Shown: positions 9,056 through 16,783 of the stretch, piece by piece
Layout: each line of letters starts with the position of its first letter
How positions within the stretch are numbered: position 1 is the stretch's first letter
Origin: Phycisphaerae bacterium
GTDB taxonomy: Bacteria > Planctomycetota > Phycisphaerae > UBA1845 > Fen-1342
Length of the DNA: 34,927 nucleotides
Assembly (NCBI GenBank): GCA_963666925.2
Contig: CAXXTC010000004.1
Span: forward strand, 1 to 34,927
Direction: 5' to 3'
Program-made: the position numbers and the translations under genes
The notes under the pieces: model-generated
Databases searched by the model: none
Seen by the model: only the letters and a program-made list of their open reading frames with translations
What the model was told of the DNA's origin: nothing

Positions 9056-9415
9056 ATGAATCTCTTCTGGGAATGCCACCAACAGCGCCGCATTGACGAG
9101 GCCAACCGCCAATCCAACGCCGCCCACTTCACTGCCCGCGAGGCGCGTAACGAAGTCCGCAAGCTACGCAACCAGTGCGACACCCTCCTGCTCGCCTGCG
9201 AATCGCTCTGGACCCTCCTCCGCGACAAGCTCGACATCAGCGAAGAGGAGTTCCTACAACGCATTAACGAAGTGGATCAGACCGACGGCCAGCTCGACGG
9301 ATGCGTCCGCAAGCCACCTGCCGAATGCCCCGCCTGCCACCGCAACTCGCCCGCCCGCCTGGCACAATGCATGTACTGCGGCGCCCCCCTCCAGCGCGAC
9401 CCCTTCGCCTCATAA
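9056..9415 (+). CDS. Hypothetical coiled-coil plus zinc-ribbon protein
   Basis: C-terminal CPAC-x10-CMYC; host-like codons; start placed at MNLFWE. Confidence 0.75.
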   Translation: MNLFWECHQQRRIDEANRQSNAAHFTAREARNEVRKLRNQCDTLLLACESLWTLLRDKLDISEEEFLQRINEVDQTDGQLDGCVRKPPAECPACHRNSPARLAQCMYCGAPLQRDPFAS

Positions 9416-9426
9416 CGCGTTTACGA

Positions 9427-9487
9427 TAGTGCCCCGCCGCGCCAACCTCCCCACCCTCTTCAGAGGGAGGGGATTAAGGGGGGGCTA
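9427..9487. repeat. Imperfect palindromic hairpin next to the IS insertion site (second REP-like type or terminator)
   Basis: TCCCCACCCTCT-TC-AGAGGGAGGGGA core (9448-9473) with outer GCCCC/GGGGC arms. Confidence 0.45.
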
Positions 9488-9518
9488 CCGACGTGCCATC
9501 TATGAGCGAGCCAAAGTC

Positions 9519-9699
9519 AAGCGGGTTTTCGACGGGGTCTTTCCAACCATCTATTCGGCGTCGTCGCAGGGACACGCCACTCAACGATTTCGGGGGCGGC
9601 CTCAGTCACTGCTACGATGGTAACGCGCCGGTTCCAACTGGCCCCCGCCGGTTGACGCCTCATGGCACATCCGCGAGGTCCGCCCGATTCGACCCGCTC
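9519..9699 (-). ncRNA. Predicted bridge RNA / seekRNA of the IS1111-type element
   Basis: Closing stem 9692-9699/9519-9526; target loop closed by 9675-9685/9594-9603 carrying GUGCCA and AGCAGUG; hairpin 9574-9579/9556-9561 next to donor-matching AUAGAUG (9548-9554). Boundaries are approximate and folded by eye. Confidence 0.75.
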
Positions 9700-9767
9700 G
9701 AAGTTTCGTCCCGCCCATAGCGGTACACTCACCTCCTGGTGCTCTCCGGAGGGGAAAGAACGGACTC

Positions 9768-10811
9768 CTATGCTACGCTCGGCGTCGGTTCCGTGACCAC
9801 CTCCGCTTCACGCCACACTTCTCCGCTGCGCAGCATTGCCGCCGACACGCACGCCAGGTGCCGGGCTAACGCCACCAGCGCAATCTTGTTCCGCTCCGGA
9901 TCACCACGCTGCACATGTTCGTAAACCGCCCGCAGCAGCGGACTGCGTCCCTTGCCCTGCCAAGCTGCCTCGCACAGCAATTGCCGCACGACACTGGGAC
10001 CTTCCCGGGTGATATGCCCAAGCCGATTCGTCTGCCCACTCTGGTCCTGGCACGGCACCAGCCCGAAGTAGCAGCCCACCTGCCGATTGCTCCGAAAACG
10101 CCGGACATCGTCGATCCACGCCACCAGCGCCTCGGCCGTACGCTTCCCAACGCCCGGGATGGTCTGTAACAAACGCACCCTGGGATGCTCACGGGCCATG
10201 CTCTCCAACCACCGCTCCACCGTACGCAGCCGCGCGTCCAGATGCTCCAACTCGTCCAGGCCCAGATCCCGTTCGAGCGCCGTCGTACGCGTTGGAAACT
10301 CCACCTCCGCCAGCCAGACGCGGCCGGCCCGGCTCCACAAACTGGCGCGGCGTGGTGCCGCCACGCCGTGCGCCCGCAACAGGGCCCGCAGCCGGTTCTT
10401 CACCGCCGTCCGCTGGGCCACCAGCCGCCTCCGGAACTGAATCAGCCGCCGCCAACTGCGGACGTCCACGGGCGGCACATGCACCGGCGGCACCTGGTCC
10501 AGGAATAGCAAGGTAGCCAGCTTCCGGGCGTCGACCCGATCGTGCTTACGTTTGGCCCGGAAGATCAGTCGCACTGCCCCCGGATGAGCCACGACGATCC
10601 GCTGCGCCACCTGCTGCAGTTGTTCGTAGACGTAACCGTAGCCGCACGACGCCTCGTAGCAGATCTGGAAGGGCGGCGACACACTACGCAGTTGTTTCAC
10701 CAGTTCCTTGACTCCGCCCCGAATCTGCTGTTGCTTGACGAGTTTCCCGGCTGAATCCAAAATGCAGATGGTCGACTGACGCTGATGTAGATCTAGTCCA
10801 ATCGTGTACAT
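9768..10811 (-). CDS. IS110-family transposase/recombinase (DEDD RuvC-like plus Tnp serine domain)
   Basis: IGLDLH, YEASCG, KHDRVDA (DEDD); LQTIPGVG; GLVPCQDQSG catalytic Ser motif; AGGAGG RBS before ATG 10811. Confidence 0.95.
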   Translation of the reverse strand: MYTIGLDLHQRQSTICILDSAGKLVKQQQIRGGVKELVKQLRSVSPPFQICYEASCGYGYVYEQLQQVAQRIVVAHPGAVRLIFRAKRKHDRVDARKLATLLFLDQVPPVHVPPVDVRSWRRLIQFRRRLVAQRTAVKNRLRALLRAHGVAAPRRASLWSRAGRVWLAEVEFPTRTTALERDLGLDELEHLDARLRTVERWLESMAREHPRVRLLQTIPGVGKRTAEALVAWIDDVRRFRSNRQVGCYFGLVPCQDQSGQTNRLGHITREGPSVVRQLLCEAAWQGKGRSPLLRAVYEHVQRGDPERNKIALVALARHLACVSAAMLRSGEVWREAEVVTEPTPSVA

Positions 10812-10875
10812 GCGGGCCTCCTTTCTTTGAAGTTCCAACGGGGTCATACCCCGAAGGAGGCTCGCTTCATAGTTT

Positions 10876-10915
10876 CACTGCTCTTGAGCAGTGCACTCGC
10901 CGGCGTCAGCACTCG
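10876..10915 (+). repeat. Right part of the REP-like palindrome interrupted by the IS
   Basis: CACTGCTC-TT-GAGCAGTG perfect 8-bp inverted repeat; matches copies at 297, 26476 and 34026. Confidence 0.8.
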
Positions 10916-11031
10916 GGCAGCAACGGACGCTTCGTGAGATCGCCACGCCCGCAAGCCACCGCCCCGTGTTCCGCTCACCTCACACAATCGCTGTTGGCTT
11001 GCCCTGCCCTGCTGGTGTACGCTGAGCCTCT

Positions 11032-11286
11032 ATGAGTAATATCACAATGATCGGAATGCTGGCCGCCACGCTGACCACCATCGCATTCATCCCCCAGGTC
11101 ATCAAGAGTTGGCGCACAAAGCACACCCGCGACGTGTCCCTGGGGATGTTCGGCACGCTCTGCGCCGGCCTCGTGCTGTGGCTCGTCTACGGAATACTAC
11201 TGCGCGACCTGCCGATAATAATGGCCAACACCGTCACGCTCATCCTCGCAGGTTCGGTGCTTGTCCTGAAAATCCGCCACCACTGA
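11032..11286 (+). CDS. SemiSWEET (PQ-loop) sugar transporter
   Basis: 84 aa with 3 TM helices; TTIAFIPQVIKSWRTKHTRDVSLGMF, LWLVYG, PIIMAN. Confidence 0.92.
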   Translation: MSNITMIGMLAATLTTIAFIPQVIKSWRTKHTRDVSLGMFGTLCAGLVLWLVYGILLRDLPIIMANTVTLILAGSVLVLKIRHH

Positions 11287-11355
11287 CCCGCCCGCGCACA
11301 CTGCCCGACATCGCCCCCCACGTTCACCAGGCCCGGACAACGCGCGAAACCAGAC

Positions 11356-12405
11356 TCAATTCACGTCGGCACGCGAGTCAAACTCGTGCGCACGCGAGCC
11401 GGCAGAATCGGTCACCTGCCACACCAGTTGCGGGTAAGGCGGGTCGGTGTCATCACGCAGGAAAATGAAGTCGATTCGCCCGCCACGAAGGAAAACGTTG
11501 CACAGTGCATCGCTGTCCCTCACGTCCGACGCATCGAGGCTTGAATTGCCAAGTTCGGCCCAGGGGTCACTGGAAATACCACAGCCGCAGCCGGTCCCCT
11601 GAATCTCGTTGGGCACGCGGCGCCCGGAACCAAATCCGAGAGCGGTCGAGCCAACCAGCAGATCGTCCTCATCGACGTAGTAAAAGGCATCCTGATCACA
11701 ACTATCGTCGTAGCTGGCGGTAGTGCCGCCCGTGTCACAGGGGTTAGGGTTGTTCTCACTGATCTTGAGCGTCCGCCCCTCGCCGGTGCCCGGGTTGTGA
11801 AACAGAATCTGGTTCGGAACGGGCAGCGAAGCGCCGGCCGCCGTGAAGTACGTATCGTAAGTTGGCGAAGAACCTTCCGCGGGAGCGATAGCCGAAGCAA
11901 GCGAAGACGCCCCGGAAGTACCCGCACCGCGAAACTGGCCGTTACGGTGGTAGTAGTACAGCGCCGGACCAACGATGCAGTAGTTGCCAAACGTGCGCTC
12001 AACACCCTCAGCCACGTAGATGTAGCCGGCCGAGGTATAAAGCTGAACATCGTCCTCGCAGACGGCCCCATCCGGATACGTGTCACCGTTGACGTAGGCG
12101 ATCATCACCAAAAAATAATGAACGTAATCCTCAGAAAGATTCCGCATCGAGATACGGACAAACTTGCGCGAGTTGGTTTCAGAGCACGGGTCGCTCGACG
12201 TGCTGCCCGTATCGATCGCTCCACCCGACTGCACACCGGTCGAGCCGGCGGTCGTACCGGTATAGGTCGACTGCGTAAACGGCGTGCCGATCAACTGGAA
12301 TGCTCCGCCGCCGCCACAGCTTGCGCTGGTAGCGAAAAGGCCCGCCGCAGCGCTGGCCGCGGTGATGGCCACCAGGATTCTCAGAGCGCGAGTTGACGTA
12401 GGCAT
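11356..12405 (-). CDS. Cysteine-rich hypothetical lipoprotein
   Basis: GGAG RBS; signal peptide with lipobox-like SASC; T/G/S linker; multiple Cys. Confidence 0.75.
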   Translation of the reverse strand: MPTSTRALRILVAITAASAAAGLFATSASCGGGGAFQLIGTPFTQSTYTGTTAGSTGVQSGGAIDTGSTSSDPCSETNSRKFVRISMRNLSEDYVHYFLVMIAYVNGDTYPDGAVCEDDVQLYTSAGYIYVAEGVERTFGNYCIVGPALYYYHRNGQFRGAGTSGASSLASAIAPAEGSSPTYDTYFTAAGASLPVPNQILFHNPGTGEGRTLKISENNPNPCDTGGTTASYDDSCDQDAFYYVDEDDLLVGSTALGFGSGRRVPNEIQGTGCGCGISSDPWAELGNSSLDASDVRDSDALCNVFLRGGRIDFIFLRDDTDPPYPQLVWQVTDSAGSRAHEFDSRADVN

Positions 12406-12631
12406 GGGGGGTACTCCGATGAATGGTCGCCCGCTCGGTCAGACCGGCCCGCCGCCCGGCGGAACGCGGGACGCACTCTCTGCGTGGAACCTGTTCCTCT
12501 ACAACATCAAAATATAGCTGCGTCCCAGGTTTCACACAAGGCGGACCCCCAGGAGCACACCAGCTCGGATTTGCACGCCGGGCCCGTTTCCGGCACACTG
12601 CACCCGGTCCAATTCATGGAGTCCCAAGCAA

Positions 12632-13066
12632 ATGAGCACTCAGGACGAGCCGCTGCCCCCTTCGCGGGTGCTGATCGCCGATGACAACCCGCAAATCCTC
12701 GAACTGCTGGAGGCCTACCTGGAACAGCTACCCGTGACCGTACACATGGCCACCGACGGCGAGGCCACCCTGGCCGCCGTCGAACAGCAGGAGCCCGACC
12801 TGATCCTCCTCGATATCATGATGCCCAAACGCAGCGGCTTCGAGGTCTGCCGAATGCTGAAGGACGACCCACGCTACCGCGATATCCCCGTCATCATGGT
12901 CACCGCCCTCAACGAGTCCGGCGACATGGAACGCGCCCGCGAGTGCGGCTGCGAAGACTTCCTCAGCAAACCGGTCAACAAAATCGAGTTGCTGGCACGC
13001 GTGCAAAACCTCCTCAGACTGCGACATCTCAAACGCAAGCTGGATCGCGGCGAGCGGAGGCACTGA
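12632..13066 (+). CDS. Single-domain response regulator (receiver)
   Basis: VLIADD, DLILLDIMMP, PVIMVTA, FLSKP. Confidence 0.92.
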   Translation: MSTQDEPLPPSRVLIADDNPQILELLEAYLEQLPVTVHMATDGEATLAAVEQQEPDLILLDIMMPKRSGFEVCRMLKDDPRYRDIPVIMVTALNESGDMERARECGCEDFLSKPVNKIELLARVQNLLRLRHLKRKLDRGERRH

Positions 13067-13194
13067 TCGCCGACCCACATCCTCGCCAATCTCACCCTCA
13101 TCACTCGGCCAGGCCGGATAACGCCCAAGTCTCGGTCTGATAACCTGCGCGCGAGGCAGCGATGCCACCTCACCGAGTTGGGACGCCCGGTCAC

Positions 13195-13236
13195 AAAAAA
13201 CACCCACTCGGCACAGCGTGCACCGGGTGGGTGTTT
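13195..13236 (-). terminator. Rho-independent terminator, probably bidirectional
   Basis: AAAAAACACCCACTCGG...CCGGGTGGGTGTTT hairpin; U6 tract on the minus strand downstream of the secretin gene. Confidence 0.8.
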
Positions 13237-13334
13237 AAAAACCAGTATTGTCAACGGTCGGCCAAAGCGTTTTCGACAAATTCGTAGCGTCTTCTAAGAG
13301 GCCTGGAGGCCGCTACGAGTTAGTAGAGCTTGCT

Positions 13335-16322
13335 CTAGATCCCGCGGCTGAACGAGGGGAACGCTTCCTCCTCGGCCTCTTCGCGGATGATGATCTTCGC
13401 CTTGACCAGAATCAGCAGCGTACGCGTATCCTTCACCGTCGTCTTGTTGGTGAACGCACGCTTCAGAATGGGAATCTTGTTGAGAATGGGCACGCCGGCC
13501 TCAATCTCAACCTCACCAACCTGCTTCAACCCACCCAACAGAACCGTACCGCCGTCGGGAACGGAAACAGTGGTCGTCAGGATCGCGAAGCTATAGTCCG
13601 GAAGCTGGATGAACGAGCCCGGAGAAGATCCGGAAGCCCGCTGAACCTCAAAACGAATCAGGTCAGGCTCGTCACGCTGCTGCACGTCCACAGTCATCGT
13701 GACGTACTTGCGATCAGCACTGATCGTCCCTTCAACCCAAAGGTTGACACCGCTATCGGCCGTCTCGACTTCCGGCTCAAAACCAACCGCACCCTCCGCC
13801 AGTCGCGGCTCCAGGCTGGCAACGTACGAACGCGAACGACCAACCGAGATCGACGATGCCTGCCCGTTGAACAGCACCAGACGCGGCGCCTGAACGATAC
13901 TGGACCGCGAGTTGGCTTGAGTGGCACGAATGAGAAAATCAACCTGGAGGTTGTCGAGGAACGAGCCGGCAATGTTGAGCGCCGGACTGAACGAAGCCTG
14001 TTCAGTAAACGAGCCGGGCACGCCGGTCGTGAGGTTCCCGGGGTCAACCAGGGAAAACGAACCTTGCTGCGCAGAAATCGGAGTCATATCGCCAAAGTGC
14101 GGCGATACGCCCGTCCCGGTGGGCACAAAGGCGGCCTGACCGTAGGGCTGGTTGGGCACCGCACCCGGCGTAAAGGGCGTGCCAATGCCCGGAACCGACG
14201 CGTAGCTGCCGATGCGCGAATACTGCCTCGAAACGAGCACCGGCGCACCAGTGAACGGGTCAGTCAGGGCACTGCCGTCGGCGGCCAGAACGCGATCATA
14301 ACCGGCACTACCAGAGTTCAGAACGAAGTCGAGATCAACGCCAAACTGTTCGAGAAAGTTGGCAACCACGTTCAGGAATCGGGCCTCAACGCTGATTTGC
14401 AGAGCGCTGGTCTCTCGCAGGTCCTTGAGCAAACCGGCAACCTGGCGGTGAGCGTCAGACGTGTTGTAAATCACGAGTTGACCGTTGAGTTCGCGAATGC
14501 GGCCGTCGCCGCCACCAGTCTCTATCCACGAATCGGGCTCAACGGTCGATTGGATAATATCGATGATGCGACCAACCAGGTCTTCATTGCCAACATTCTG
14601 ATTGTCCTGCCCCTGGCGCTGGCCCTGGTTCTGGTTCTGGCCAAACATGCCGCTGCTGCCGCCACCACCGCCGCCACCCTGCTGGCCGAGACCCTGCGTA
14701 ACGTCGAACGCAGCCATCCGCGACGCGCTGGGAATATTGATGAGAAGGTCGCGAATGTCGTAGATCACGGTTTCCTTCGTGATCTGGTCCAGACGCTCCT
14801 TCGTGGCGATCCGAACAACACCTTCACGCGCAGAATAGGCCAGACGCACCTCGCCACCCACCTGGCGAAGAATCTCATCCAGCACGAAACGCGTGCTCAC
14901 TTCCTTCAATCGCAGCGAAACCGGCGCGTCACGCGTAATGCCGTTGTTCTCAAGATCCGACCAGTCAACCGTCAGGTTCAACCCGGTGATCTCCTCCAGG
15001 AATTCCTTCACCTGGTCAAACGGCTGCTCCTCGAAGCGAACGTCCCCAAGGTTCTCTTCAAGCTTGCGATTCAGCTCGATATCTTCAAGGTTGCGACCCG
15101 TGCCCAGCGCCATGCCCTCACGCCGACGGATAATCTCTTCCCAGTTCTTCGGATAGAGAATGTCGTGGTCCCACGGAATCAACGCCTCCTCGGCGTTCAC
15201 CAGGGCACTGCGCTGCTGACTGTAAACGTTGTGCTGCCATTCATCCTGACGCTTGAATGACTCGTAGTCCTCCGTCACATCAAGCTGGTAACGCGCCTTC
15301 GCGTTCCCAGGATCAATCCGCAGAATCTCACGCAGCACTACCGCCGCCTCACTGAAACGCTGCTCGCGACGCAACTGCGCCGCCGAGTTGAAAAGCTGCT
15401 CGATCTTCTCGGCCTTCTGCTCCGCAATCAGCCGACCACGCGCTTCAATACGCTCAGCAATCTGCTTCCGCTCCTCGGCCGCCATCCGACGCTGATAGTC
15501 ACGCGACTGCCCCTCAATCTGGTCACGCAGCTTCACGATACCGTTACGAACATCCTGATATTTCGAAACCGGCTCCGCATATCGCCGGGCGGCATCCACC
15601 GCCTGCAACGCCGCCGCAACCAGTTGGCGAGCCTCATCATACCTGTGCTCACCAGCCGCTCCGCGGGCACTCTCCGCAGCCGCCTGGGCACGAGCCACCG
15701 CTCGCTGCCAGAACAGCTCATCCCGGATACGCATCTCATCAGTCGGAGTCAGACGCCGCGGCTGCTCAACCACCGGCGCCGGCATAACCTCGGTCATCGG
15801 CTCAGGCTCAACCACCGGCTCCTCTTCCACCGCCACAGGTTCTGCCGGCGGAGGAGGTGGTACCGGCTCTTCCGCCGGCTCCTCTTCAACTGCTGCCTCC
15901 GGACGAGCCGCCTCGGCCAGACCCTTCTTCTCGGCAATCCGTGCTCGCTGCACCTCGGCCCGCTCCTGCATCGCTACGGTCGCGTACTCATTCAAAAACA
16001 CCGCACCGTAAAGCTGGTCGGCCGCGTCCCAGTCGCCGGCTTCATAAGCCTCGTCTGCCGTCGCCAGATCCTGGAGGGCCTTCTCCTGCCCTCGGATCGC
16101 CTCCGGGACAATTTCCAGCAGCGCATCAACCCGCGCACGCTCCAATTCGCTCAGCGCGTCGCGGTCGATCTGGTTCAGCGCTTCCTGCGCCGCAACGTAG
16201 TCCTTCTGCTCGAAGAGATCGATCGCCGCTTCCAATTGCTCGCTCTGGGCCATTGCGGCTGGCAATACCGTCGCGATCACCAAAAAAGCGACCCCGCTCC
16301 AGACTCGCAGCACAAATCTCAT
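13335..16322 (-). CDS. Secretin (GspD/PilQ-like) with N-terminal TPR/coiled-coil region
   Basis: Signal peptide; QISVEARF, QAPRLVLFNGQ, TTVSVPDGGTVLLGGL, GVPILNKIPILKRAF secretin-domain motifs. Confidence 0.88.
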   Translation of the reverse strand: MRFVLRVWSGVAFLVIATVLPAAMAQSEQLEAAIDLFEQKDYVAAQEALNQIDRDALSELERARVDALLEIVPEAIRGQEKALQDLATADEAYEAGDWDAADQLYGAVFLNEYATVAMQERAEVQRARIAEKKGLAEAARPEAAVEEEPAEEPVPPPPPAEPVAVEEEPVVEPEPMTEVMPAPVVEQPRRLTPTDEMRIRDELFWQRAVARAQAAAESARGAAGEHRYDEARQLVAAALQAVDAARRYAEPVSKYQDVRNGIVKLRDQIEGQSRDYQRRMAAEERKQIAERIEARGRLIAEQKAEKIEQLFNSAAQLRREQRFSEAAVVLREILRIDPGNAKARYQLDVTEDYESFKRQDEWQHNVYSQQRSALVNAEEALIPWDHDILYPKNWEEIIRRREGMALGTGRNLEDIELNRKLEENLGDVRFEEQPFDQVKEFLEEITGLNLTVDWSDLENNGITRDAPVSLRLKEVSTRFVLDEILRQVGGEVRLAYSAREGVVRIATKERLDQITKETVIYDIRDLLINIPSASRMAAFDVTQGLGQQGGGGGGGSSGMFGQNQNQGQRQGQDNQNVGNEDLVGRIIDIIQSTVEPDSWIETGGGDGRIRELNGQLVIYNTSDAHRQVAGLLKDLRETSALQISVEARFLNVVANFLEQFGVDLDFVLNSGSAGYDRVLAADGSALTDPFTGAPVLVSRQYSRIGSYASVPGIGTPFTPGAVPNQPYGQAAFVPTGTGVSPHFGDMTPISAQQGSFSLVDPGNLTTGVPGSFTEQASFSPALNIAGSFLDNLQVDFLIRATQANSRSSIVQAPRLVLFNGQASSISVGRSRSYVASLEPRLAEGAVGFEPEVETADSGVNLWVEGTISADRKYVTMTVDVQQRDEPDLIRFEVQRASGSSPGSFIQLPDYSFAILTTTVSVPDGGTVLLGGLKQVGEVEIEAGVPILNKIPILKRAFTNKTTVKDTRTLLILVKAKIIIREEAEEEAFPSFSRGI

Positions 16323-16783
16323 CCGGATTACCTCCAGGCTTTGACAGGCCTATCCGTTTCCTACGGAGCGGCGTGTCCGCCGCCACGGCGCCTCGTTCCA
16401 GGCGTCGCGCGGCCATCCAAGCTCGCCGAACCAGGCAACACTTACGGTCGGGATGGATGAATCTACGATGCCAAGTATGGGCGCCCCATACAACATAGCG
16501 GCGCAAGTGTAGCCCCATGGCACTGGCCACGCAATAACGACTCGCGCAGACTTTAAAACGCCCGCCAAACACACCCACGCAACACCTCACCCCTCAACCA
16601 AACCCAACCAAAACAACCCCCACACCCCCACATCCATCACCCCGCAAACCCACGCCAATCCACCCGCATCCCAGCCCACCACTACCACGCTAAGTATCTG
16701 CGGGACAAACTCTTACGCGCACACAGCACGCCACCAACCACCCGCCACAACCGCGCCCACCCACAACCCCCGCCGACTCGACA

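Larger units (their letters stand above)
9497..10877 (-). mobile_element. Complete IS110-family insertion sequence, IS1111 type
   Basis: CA core at both junctions (9497-9498, 10876-10877); sub-terminal IRs CTATGAGCGAGCC (9500-9512) and GGCTCGCTTCATAG (10859-10872); long non-coding end downstream of the transposase; removal restores GTGCCACTGCTCTTGAGCAGTG. Confidence 0.9.

Noticed and set aside
9427..9434. Alternative IS end at TAGTGCC|CCGCC
   Set aside because: No duplicated CA core and no sub-terminal IR there; 9497-9512 has both
9702..9707. AGTTTC matching the upstream IS end as a second donor guide
   Set aside because: Only 6 nt, in the same orientation as the other donor match and outside the predicted donor loop; may be chance
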